From Amphiscolops sp. MND2022 (Eukaryota): a DNA stretch of 64,000 nt. This document shows, one piece after another, positions 12,731-23,774 of the stretch; the first letter of the stretch is position 1, and each line of letters begins with the position of its first letter. The position numbers were made by a program, and so were the translations under genes. The DNA lies in assembly GCA_964187785.1 (NCBI GenBank), contig OZ076412.1:25792001-25856000 (forward strand), read 5' to 3'. Below the pieces are notes generated by a model. It was given only the letters and a program-made list of their open reading frames with translations, did not search any database and had not been told where the DNA came from.

Positions 12731-13419
12731 GAAAATAACAAACGAAGTAGCTTACTTTCTGGAATCCAGTACCACTGAGGTTGTCAAGAGTTTATATAAA
12801 TACTTAGAATATGGGACAAAATGTGGGAGCATTTTTAGAGAATGTAAAATTGTATATGCTTTAAATTCGCACTTTTTGTCCCGCATCCTAGATGTTTATA
12901 TAGACGTTTGACAACCTCCAACACAGCTGATTCAAAAACGGGTCAAAGTTTTGGATCATACCAGGAAATAAAGGTTCTTGGAAGCATTTTGTTGGGGCAG
13001 TAATATCATAATATAAAGCAAAATGATGAAAGCAACGATACCTTCAGCAAGGTATCAAAAAATCCAAATTCGGGCGTCATATCAAAGACAACTTTGCTTC
13101 AACATCGTTGTTGTAGCCGTTAATTACCGAATCCAACAAGGCCATTCAACTGGGCCACTAGTTATCTTTTAAAGATCTGATATCGACCATGTATATTTTT
13201 GCCAATTTTTTTTTGCGGCGAAGACTAATTAGCAACAAATGTTTTGGTGAAGGTGAACTTGTGACAGAGCAAATGTTGCAGCCAAGTTTTAAAGAACATC
13301 ATCTTTTTGCTTATACAATTGACTCACAGGGAAAACCTCGGGTTTCATCAGAATACCAACGGCGTTTTTTGTTATGAAACAAATTTCATCCAAATCATGA
13401 AAAATGTATCATTGAACTT

Positions 13420-14569
13420 TGTTGGCGCCTCAAAATTTGTTCCGAAAAATTGAAGGAAAAATAAGTCGAGTTAGCCAGTTTCAAAATGCTGTAAAAATGT
13501 GTAGAATTCAATTTGAGTGCTAGTTTTTGCCCAATCGACATATTTTGACCCAAATGAGAGATTTAAACTATAAAATCGAAAATCGAAGCCAAAAAATTTT
13601 CAATTCCCCTCTTACGTCCCATTTTGGATTCCTTTTTCAAAGTCAGTGTATATTTGGACTTTATTCTTTGTTTATCGTATTTAACTTGATATGAACTCCA
13701 TATTTGGGCTACGTGGGTGTCTCTAGGACCCATGAGGACTATTTGTCAACTTCACTGAGTATTTCACAGCAAATAACATGTGTAAATGTATGCCTTAATC
13801 TTGCTTAAATGTATGCCTTTTATATATACTTTTACATATTTTGGTGTATACCTCTAGCCCAGTTAAATAGTTTGTTTCTGCTTATTCTATATATCAAGGC
13901 GCTTGTATGGTGATGGTAAATTTAACCACAAACATCCGCCATTTGGTATTTCCTGTATGATAAAGTAACCAGAGTTAACTCCTACTAAGACACACAGCAA
14001 CCAAGTAGAGATTCAAATCAGTCGACTTTGCTACTCAAGTATTGAAGAAAGTGAAAGCTTGGAAGTTTCTCGTACAATTAATTCAGTTAACTCTGGCTAT
14101 TGAAGAGCTTTTTTGAGTTGAACGAGTGATATTACATTGTTTCGAAATTCCAACGTCAATTTATTATATTGCATACAGTTGCGATATTTTTGCTTGAGAA
14201 AGTTATCGTGGACACAAGGATTGGGATCGATCAATTGGTTTGGCAGATCAACAGAAGCTACTCTTCATCAGGACAGCTAAGTTGATTCCTATAGTCACAG
14301 TTTAAAGCTACTTTTTGTTTGCGAAACAGAATAAGTGCAAAATCAAAGATGCAGTAATTGCTTCACCGACTTCCGAAACTTATTCAAAGTAACGCAAGCT
14401 AAAATTTTCATTGAAATTAGTTGCGAATCACCTACTGAAGGTTCTTGATTAGTGGTTTTTGCACGTGCCTTTCCTGGACAAATCAGATATAGAAATTGTC
14501 CGCAAGTTGTCAACCAGGCCGTCGTAAAGCTTGGTAAGTAGTTTGCTAGTTTACCTTGCAGACGCAAAA
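13420..14569 (+). repeat. 5' LTR of the BEL/Pao element
   Basis: TGTTGGCG...GACGCAAAA; about 8 substitutions noticed versus the 3' LTR. Confidence 0.95.
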
Positions 14570-14572
14570 TTT

Positions 14573-14590
14573 TGGTGCCGCGACCCGGGA
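14573..14590 (+). promoter_or_regulatory. Primer binding site, tRNA-His-like
   Basis: TGGTGCCGCGACCCGGGA lies 3 nt after the LTR and resembles the complement of a tRNA-His 3' end (TGGTGCCGTGACTCGGAT). Confidence 0.7.
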
Positions 14591-14666
14591 AGGCACTCTG
14601 CAAATTTAACCCATTTGAGCTTTGTGAAATTTGCCTATCTGACCGCTGTGAAAAAAGCAAAAGACA

Positions 14667-17600
14667 ATGGCTGAAGGTGGGCTTTATGATCCTCAATTCA
14701 TGACCGTGTCAAAAAATGGAACTGAAAGAAAAATCCCATTTTCGGATTCGTTAAAAAACTCATCCACGTTGAGCGACTGGATCAATCATGAAAAACGGGT
14801 AGTTGACATTGTCTCGACCATTCGAAATATGGAACATGACTTGCGAAATGTAAAGTCAAACAATCCAGTTCTTTGGATCGATAAGGGCAATTTTTGTTTA
14901 AAGTTTTGGGCGTCTAAGTATGAATTGAAGAAAGAATTCGAACTGTATCTTCCAATGTTGAAAGAAAAGAACCAAAGTAGTCGCAGAACGGCTCTTAGAA
15001 AACTAAATTTGGAATTCGAAGAAAGATTCACAGAATGGTGTAAAGACCTCCGAAATCTTGGATTTATCGGTAGCCTTCCCCAGAAATTAAAAGATGAAGG
15101 AGACTTGCTGAAGTTTTGTAAGTCCATGGATCAATTTTCCGAAATGACACGAAACTTGTCCAGTGAATTAGATACGATTAACAACTTGATGAAACAAGAA
15201 GAAAGGTCAAGTAAAGTGAAGTCATCTATACAAAAACTTCAAGAATTCAAAACTAAGCTGGATAAGGTTTACGAAAGTGTTTGTAGCCAGCTAAAAACGG
15301 AATCAATTGGAGAGTTGTCAATGTTTGAAAAGGAAATTAGAGAATTCAGTGTGAAAATACAGCAAGCGACGACTGATTCATTGAACTATGTCGATCGTTT
15401 GAATGAAGTAAAAGATCATTGGAACCAACCAGTATCTTCAGATGGGTTGGGGGAAACTACCTCCATGAAAGACATTCCAGTGACATCGACTGGTGATGAA
15501 GGTAGTCAAACTCGGAATTTGCGCCAAAGTGCAAACGATACACTAGAAAAAAGTCTGAAATTGCTAAGAGATGTTAACCAATCCATAGTGTTTGATAAGT
15601 GTGAAAACCGTACGGAAGTTGCTCCTCGGCAAACAGGATCAGCGATTTTGAGTACAGTGAAGCGACGTTCATTAGTGGACTTCTCACCTTCAAGAACTTT
15701 GCCGAAAAGTGATATCTGCAAACCGTTGGTCTCAAGAGTGGGTTCCGAGTTGTCAAGGGTTAGTGAACTACGACGCTTGGAGATGCATGCTAAAGTGCTA
15801 AAACAAAAGTCTCAGTTAGAAATTGAGAAAAGGCAGCAAGAATTGAAACTGGAGAAAACGAAAATGCAAATGGAGATGCATCAGAAGTTCCTAGATCTAC
15901 AAGCGGAAGCTGAAATTGCTGAAATGGAAAGCAGAAAAGCGCTTGAGCAGCACGAAATGAGACTGCAAATAGAAGAAGCTGGAGGGTCAGTTCGTGCTGT
16001 GTCGATTTGTCCCAGCTTGATGTCTCTTACCCTTGGAGAAGACAAAAACAGTGACATCAGAAGCTGGTTAGAACGAAGTGATGAAAATCTCGAAATAGGC
16101 TTTTCACAACCGAAGGAATCTAGTAGAGAGGTAGAAATCAAAAGTGGATCAAGAAGACTACCTCAGAGATTTCCAAAACACTCTCCTCAAAGAAATCAAT
16201 TGCTGACTTCGCAACCTCATAGCAGAGGTACCAGTAAGTCACCTCCGAGAAAAAACGCTGGAATTACTTTTCCGAAAACAAAACCTTCACTTCAGCAACG
16301 CAATGACGAACCGAAGGCTAAACATGAATTCGCGAATCCCACTTTCAAAGTAGAAAATCCTTTTCCTTCCTTTACCCCAGCATTACCTGTACAGCAACCT
16401 GTACATTTTGTTCAAACAAGTTTACCTAAGTTAAAATAATCTGAATTTCACGGAGATCCATTGGAATGGCCGGAATGGTCCAGCTTGTTTACAGCAACCA
16501 TCCATAATGCACCAATCGATGACAATGCAAAAATGAGTCATTTGAAAACGCTCGTTAAAGGTAAAGCCAAGGCGGCAATTCCTGGTCTTGGGTACTCAGG
16601 AATCATGTATAGTGCTGCATGGAATGCTTTGGTTACCAATTTCGGGCGTCCGCAAACAATTGTGAATGCGCAGATGAAGCAAATCCATCTGAGTCCGTTT
16701 ATCAAGTCGCACGACTCAGCGGCTATTATAAAGTACGCTCATGTTGATCACTACATGTGTCAATGTGTTGAAACAATTCGGTTTTACAGGAGATCTATAT
16801 TCAGAGTCAGTTCTGAACTCGGCATTGAGAACATTACCACCTGAATTGAAAACTAAGTGGTTTTTCCTTGCGAAAAGCAAAGGTTACTTCCATGCCGATC
16901 TTTGCAAATTTAGCGAGTGGCTAAATCAAGTTGCCTATGTGCATGATGAGATGATGGTGCAATTCAAAACACCATTTGAGAAGAAAGCCACTGGATCAAC
17001 CGAAAAGGTTAAGACTTCAATATTTGCTGCCAATGACCAAGGTAAACCAACATCAACTTCCATTAAGCAATGTCCATTAAAAGATGGCGAACATAAACTT
17101 TGGATGTGCAACAAATTCAAACAGCAAGCTGTCAACGAAAGATATGAAACGTTGAAAAAACTGAACTTTGTTTCTGTTGTCTTAATTCTCACCTGATTAA
17201 AGACTGCAAATCAGAACGTGTCTGCGGTGTGAATGGTTGCACTAAGAAACACAATAGGCTTCTACACTCTGATGCGCAGAAAATAGATAAGGTCACTAAT
17301 GACAAGAAAACAGAAGACTCGGCGCCTCAAAGCAGGGCCGGCAGCTCTTCTATGATGTCGACCGGCAACAACGGTCTCTTACAGCTGATTCCTATTTCGA
17401 TAGGTAATGAAAAACGATGCGTTGAAACCATTGCGCTCTGTGATACCGGATCCACTGTTTCGTTTATGGATCAAAGTTTGGTTGATCTTCTCAGGTTGAA
17501 AGGTAAAGAGTCCGTAATGTCCGTTGCTGGCATTCATGGTTTGTCTGATTTGAAAACGCAAATAGTAACAGCCAAAGTGGGTTCCAGCGAAGCAGAAACA

Positions 17601-20600
17601 GCTGGAGAGACAGTAACGTTCTGCAGTCATCCTAACCTAAATGTTGGTGAAAAAGACTATGACTTCAGAAAACTAAAAGAAGAGTACCAATATTTATCTG
17701 ATCTGCCTAACATTAAAGTCTCAATGACTGATGTTAAAGTGATTTTCGGTCAGGATGCTTATCATTTGATCAGGCCGCTGGAATACAAATCTGGCGAAAG
17801 AAATCAACCATGGGCAGTTAAAACAGCACTGGGTTGGACCATTAGCGGAGCCTTGCCAAAAAAGGAAACAAGTAACATATCGGTTTCTTGCAACCTTTCA
17901 GTTGCATCCGACCCACTGGCAAATCAGATGAAAAAATGGTGGGACATGGAGACATATGGGTCAGTGTGTGATGTCTCTGGTCGATCCAAAGAAGAAAAGA
18001 GAGCACTGTCAGTTTTAGGAAGAACAACAAAGCATAACGGTGAACATTATGAAGTTGGTTTAATGTGGGCTGATGACAACCCCGATCTGCCTAACAATTA
18101 TTACTCAGCATATCAGCAGTTCTTGTCGATGGAAAAAAGGTTGGAGAAAGACCTTGAATTGAAAGAAGCTTACAAAGCTACCATTGAGAAGGACTTGGAA
18201 AACCATTTTGTTCGAAAACTGGATCAGGAAGAAGTTTCCAGTACAGAGAATGATATGCAATGGTACTTACCTCATCACCCAGTGAAACATCCACATAAGC
18301 CAGGCAAGGTCAGAAGGGTTTGTAATGCGGCTTCAAAGTTTAGAGGCGTTTCGCTAAATGACAAACTTCTAAGTGGACCTGATTTATTGCGCAACTTAGT
18401 GGGAATTGTTTTCAGGTTCAGAGAGCACCTGATAGCAATCACTGCCGATATAGAGTCAATGTTTTTACAAGTAGCGATTCCGAAAGAAGAATGTAGAGTT
18501 CTACGTTTTCTCTGGCGAGATAAACCAGAAGATAACATTGGAATTTTCGATTATAATAGGCATGTGTTCGGAGCAAAGAGTTCCCCAACGTGTGCAAATT
18601 ATGGTTTCCAACAAGGCGGTAGAGATAACAAAAGGGAGTTTCCTTTAGCAGCCGCTACAATAGACAGAAACTTCTATATGGACGATCTTGTCAAGAGTGT
18701 TGATACACCACAAGAGGCCATTGAATGTAATCAACAGTTAGTGGAAACACTGAAGCGCAGCGGCTTTACTTTAAAGAAATGGGCGAGCAATTGCCCTGAA
18801 GTGCTCGAAGTTATCCCCTCGGAAGACCATCTGGAATCTAATGAATTTACATTGAATGCGGATTCATCGCCCATCCTAGGTCTCGAATGGACCATAGATT
18901 CGGATAGTCTTCAAGTCTGCCGAGGACCAAACAAAGAATGTCCACAAGAAGTAATGCAACGAGTGGTACTATCCTTTGTTTCATCTGTATTTGGTCCCAT
19001 GGGAATCTTCGCACCGTTTACCATGCGAATGAGAATGCTTTTGAAGAGTATTTGGATCCGTTTTGGTCAGTCGTGGGACGAAAATATCAGTGAAGAAGAT
19101 AAGAGAATATTCTTCGAGTGGGTACAAGAAATGCAGACAATTAAGCAGACATCTCTTTCCCGGAAGTATTTTTCCAATATCCCCAAGAACGTGCAGTTAC
19201 ATATTTTCAGTGATGCCTCTTTGGAAGCAATGTGCATTGTTGCATATTTTCGAGGAGAACTCGAAGATGGCATCGAAGTGTCATTTGCGTTGGGCAAATG
19301 CAGAATAGCTCCTATCAAACAGTTGTCTATTCCTCGTCTAGAGCTACAAGCAGCCTTGTATTCTGTGAGGTTGAGAAAGTTGATCATTCAATTTACCTAT
19401 TAATGGTGTAACTCATTGGACAGATTCCTTTACCGTTTTGCAATGGTTAAACTCAGCGGACAAAAAGCAGAATGTCTTTGTTGCCAATAGAGCAGCTGAA
19501 ATTCTGGAAAACTCCACCATTGACGAATGGAAACATATCCGAGGCGAGTTGAATCCATCTGACATTGGAACTCGTGGTATAACTATAGAAAAATTATCTG
19601 AAAGCGAATGGTTAACCGGACCTTCTTGGATGAAAGACCAGCCTGAGGATTGGCCTTTATCTTTGCATCCAATTCACGTGATTTCTGATAATCATGCTGA
19701 AGTTGCAGTGATTGCGAACACAAGTATGACTCAGGAGCCACCTGTTGATTGGAAAAAATTTAGTAGTTTCTCGAAATGCGTCCGTGTTATCGCGTTTTGT
19801 TTGCGGTTGAAGTATAAAAGTCAATCTAAAGCTTTACTTGTTGAAGAATTGAAACGAGCAGAAGAAAGAGTTTTGAAAATGATTCAAAAAGAATCTTTCC
19901 CGGATCTTTTTGATGAGAAGGAAAGTTTCGGTAAAACTGAAAAAGGCGGAAATCTATCAAAATTTGCACCCTTCTTTGATGAAAAAGGAGTTATCAGAAT
20001 TTGGGGTCGCGTCAAACATGCCAAGTTGAGCTTCGAACAGCGTCACCCAGTATTGTTTTCTACTAAACACGACATGGTAATGACCATGTTGCGAGATCTA
20101 CATTTCGAACACAATCATGAAGGTTTAGAGTATGTGAGAAGTGTTATTCAACAAAAATTTTGGATAATCGGGTTACGAAATGCTTTGAGAAGCGTTAAAA
20201 CTAGTTGTGTGTTCTGTCGCAAATTACGTGCACAGAATAAAACCCCGTCCATGGCCGACTTACCCCCAGAGAGACTTGATTATCAGTCATATCCGTTCAC
20301 CAACGTTGGGATGGATTATTTCGGTCCGTTTGAGGTGAAATTATTAAGAAGATCTATGAAACGTTGGTGCTGCTTATTTACATGTTTAACTACCAGAGCA
20401 GTACATATCGAAGTGGTTCGAAGTCTTGACACAGATTCTTGCTTGGTAGCTATCAATAGATTTATTGCTAGACGCGGCAAGCCGACTACTATCATCAGCG
20501 ATAATGGTACTAACTTCGTTGGATCAGCAAGAGAGTTGAAGGAGTACATCAACTCATGGAATCAAGATCAAACAACGTCAGAGCTTGCTCAGAAGCACAT

Positions 20601-21246
20601 TGTATGGAAGTTTAACCCTCCTGGCGCACCCCATTTTGGTGGTGTATGGGAGAGATTAGTTAGAAGTTGCAAAAAGGCAATGGTGGCTATATTGGGTAAT
20701 CGATCTCTTACAGATGAAGTTTTATTGACAACTATGTGCTTAGTGGAACAAACATTAAATGCGCGTCCTATTACTCCAGCAAGCGATGATCCTGAAGATC
20801 TTGAAGCACTTACACCGAACCATTTTATTAGTGGTCGAGCGAATGTTTGCATTCCCTTTATTCCAAACGCAGAGGTTTATGCTAACCATAGAAAGATGTT
20901 TAGATCAAGCCAAGCTTATGCAGACATGATTTGGAACCGATGGGTGAAAGAATACCTTCCTCAGAACAATGTAAGAGCTCAATGGAACAAGTCAGAGCCA
21001 AATATTCAAGTTGGAGATATTGTTTGGCTGATAGAAGACAATGTTAGAAGGTCTCACTACAAGATGGCGCGAGTCATGGAAGTATTCCCTGGAAAAGATG
21101 GTATTGTGAGATCAGCACTAATCAAAACTGTCGATGGAACCCTGAAACGACCTGTGGTTAAACTGGCGCCACTTTTTGGAAAGCGTTTTCGAGCTGAAAA
21201 CGGGGCCGGCATTGTTGGCGTCTCAAAATTTGTTCCGAAAAATTGA
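14667..21246 (+). pseudogene. BEL/Pao gag-pol polyprotein, disrupted
   Basis: LPKLK*SEFHGDPLEWPEW (DUF1759-like, TAA at 16437), Cys/His knuckles, ALCDTGS protease, FYMDD RT, FSDAS RNase H, GMDYFGP / SDNGTNF / FGGVWERLVRS integrase. Frameshifts near 16740, 17165 and 19390. Confidence 0.95.
21191..21212 (+). promoter_or_regulatory. Polypurine-tract region before the 3' LTR
   Basis: GAGCTGAAAACGGGGCCGGCAT immediately precedes TGTTGGCG, as in BEL-type elements. Confidence 0.6.
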
Positions 21247-22362
21247 AGGAAAAATAAGTCGAGTTAGCCAGTTTCAAAATGCTGTAAAAATGTGTAGAAT
21301 TCAATTTGATTGCTAGTTTTTGCCCAATCGACATATTTTGACCCAAATGAGAGATTTAAACTATAAAATCGAAAATCGAAGCCAAAAAATTTTCAATTCC
21401 CCTCTTACGTCCCATTTTGGATTCCTTTTTCAAAATCAGTGTATATTTGGACTTTATTCTTTGTTTATCGTATTTAACTTGATATGAACTCCATATTTGG
21501 GCTACGTGGGTGTCTCTAGGACCCATGAGGACTATTTGTCAACTTCACTGAGTATTTCACAGCAAATAACATGTGTAAATGTATGCCTTAATCTTGCTTA
21601 AATGTATGCCTTTTATATATACTTTTACATATTTTGGTGTATACCTCTAGCCCAGTTAAATAGTTTGTTTCTGCTTATTCTATATATCAAGGCGCTTGTA
21701 TGGTGATGGTAAATTTAACCACAAACATCCGCCATTTGGTATTTCCTGTATGATAAAGTAACCAGAGTTAACTCCTACTAAGACACACAGCAACCAAGTA
21801 GAGATTCAAATCAGTCGACTTTGCTACTCAAGTATTGAAGAAAGTGAAAGCTTGGAAGTTTCTCGTACAATTAATTCAGTTAACTCTGGCTATTGAAGAG
21901 CTTTTTTGAGTTGAACGAGTGATATTATATTGTTTCGAAATTCCAACGTCAATTTATTATATTGCATACAGTTGCGATATTTTTGGTTGAGAAAGTTATC
22001 GTCGACACAAGGATTGGGATCGATCAATTGGTTTGGCAGATCAACAGAAGCTACTCTTCATCAGGACAGCTAAGTTGATTCCTATAGTCACAGTTTAAAG
22101 CTACTTTATGTTTGCGAAACAGAATAAGTGCAAAGTCAAAGATGCAGTAATTGCTTCACCGACTTCCGAAACTTATTCAAAGTAACGCAAGCTAAAATTT
22201 TCATTGAAATTAGTTGCGAATCACCTACTGAAGGTTCTTGATTAGTGGTTTTTGCACGTGCCTTTCCTGGACAAATCAGATATAGAAATTGTCCGCAAGT
22301 TGTCAACCAGGCCGTCGTAAAGCTTGGTAAGTAGTTTGCTAGTTTACCTTGCAGACGCAAAA
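21213..22362 (+). repeat. 3' LTR of the BEL/Pao element
   Basis: 1150 bp, near-identical to 13420-14569. Confidence 0.95.
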
Positions 22363-22502
22363 AACTTAGAAACTTCATTCAGCAATATCTCGAAAAGTAC
22401 TGGTTAGGAAAAAACTACCGAGATCATCTCGGTAGTTTTTTTCCTGACCAGTACTTTTCGAGATATTGCTGAATGAAGTTTCTAAGTTCAATGATACATT
22501 TT
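22363..22502. repeat. Long near-perfect palindrome (foldback) split by the BEL insertion
   Basis: 22363-22424 pairs with 22426-22488 (1 mismatch, 1 indel, 1-nt centre); 22489-22502 pairs with 13401-13414. Confidence 0.92.
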
Positions 22503-22944
22503 GCAGCATTGACACCGCTATTTAACGTTTATATGTGGTAATTGTATACATAATGTGTGTTACCATTTTGCAGTATATTTGGTGAAAAAGAGCAACTTCC
22601 GAAAAAGTGTTATCAAACGTTAAAGAACAGAGTCGTAAAATATATTTTGTTTCTGGCGGATTTCTTAAAACAAATTTTCTTGAAACATTTGTCCAAGAGC
22701 GTTATAGAAAAACCGAATTCTGTCATATTTTCCGACAGATTATTTTGAAACTTTGATACAATTTTCTATGGGTATGATGGATCACTCCACTAAGTCCAAC
22801 GACAAAACAGCTGCTTGATGTTTTTTTTCAGGAGTAAAATCTGGTGTTTTGTTAAACGAGTTGTGTTAGTTATTAGTGAAATCAAAACATATGCTATAGA
22901 CACAAAGTATCAACGACTGTCAATGTTTCGAAACCAAGTTAGCA

Positions 22945-23012
22945 TAAAAATGGCTTAGCGACATGATCCTCGGCTTGCGTGTGGTCGGACCGTGTTCAAA
23001 TTCCGGCAGGGC
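22945..23012 (+). mobile_element. tRNA-derived SINE-like head
   Basis: A-box-like TGGCTTAGCG and B-box-like GTTCAAATTCC at Pol III spacing; no complete cloverleaf. Confidence 0.4.
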
Positions 23013-23112
23013 AGTTTCTGTAAGGGTTTCAAATTAAATAATGTATCTGAACATCAGCTATTATTCATTTCTATGTTCAAAAATCAGTTGGTAGTGCTTT
23101 GTAGAACATAAG

Positions 23113-23336
23113 CTGTTGAAATCATATGAAAGTATAAATTCATGAAATGCACAAAATTGGATTTGAAGAGCAGATAATTTCAGAAAATCATATTCTGTCG
23201 ATTTCCATATCTTCCATATGGTTAACTGTTTAAATCATATGAAAGTATAAATTCATGAAATGCACAAAATTGGATTTGAAGAGCAGATAGTTTCAAAAAA
23301 TCATACTCTGTCGATTTCCATATCTTCCATATGGTT
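23113..23336. repeat. 113-bp tandem duplication covering the PLAC8 C-terminus and 3' UTR
   Basis: Units start at 23113 and 23226 and differ by a few substitutions. Confidence 0.93.
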
Positions 23337-23774
23337 TTTCATCTGACAAAGAACACATTCGTTGCAGCAACAGCTCAGACAAAAATCTCCGAGAGATCCT
23401 CCTTCGATCGAATATTCATCTCGGAAGGCGCCTCTGATTTTGGCAATAATGATTACAAAAATAGTCCCCGTCATCAAAGCAATTGCAGCAAACACCTGAG
23501 ACGCAGTCCAGTACGAGTCATTCGGGATATCATTAAACTTTCCCGCCGAGTCCTTTCTCATTTCTTGGAGTTTGGGTGACCGTTCAGCCAGGACGCCGGA
23601 TATCGAATAAGCCACCACAAAGAGGATACAGAAAATTACGGACATTAGACCCAGTGTTTTTTTACCGATCTTATTGGCTACTGTGTATGATGTAACAAAA
23701 GGACAACAACATGTCATTAAACACCATTTGAAGTCGGCAAAACATCCAAAAATACTTCTCGACCATTCAGCCAT
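23301..23774 (-). CDS. PLAC8/cornifelin-family Cys-rich membrane protein, single exon, 157 aa
   Basis: W..SIFGCF.D...CLMTCCCP at the N-terminus and IR..FR..Y.IEGG..GDFCLSCCC..CVLCQM at the C-terminus are PLAC8 hallmarks. Confidence 0.88.
   Translation of the reverse strand: MAEWSRSIFGCFADFKWCLMTCCCPFVTSYTVANKIGKKTLGLMSVIFCILFVVAYSISGVLAERSPKLQEMRKDSAGKFNDIPNDSYWTASQVFAAIALMTGTIFVIIIAKIRGAFRDEYSIEGGSLGDFCLSCCCNECVLCQMKNHMEDMEIDRV

Larger units (their letters stand above)
13420..22362 (+). mobile_element. Full-length BEL/Pao LTR retrotransposon
   Basis: Two 1150-bp LTRs, 5-bp TSD AACTT (13415-13419, 22363-22367), PBS, PPT, gag-PR-RT-RH-IN order with Pao-type motifs. Confidence 0.97.

Noticed and set aside
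12950-13380. Possible DDE transposase relic (SKFGRHIK, ATSYL)
   Set aside because: Too degenerate to support; no element ends found.
14343-14696. 117-aa minus-strand ORF, repeated at 22136-22378
   Set aside because: Lies in LTR sequence antisense to gag; repetition is explained by LTR identity.
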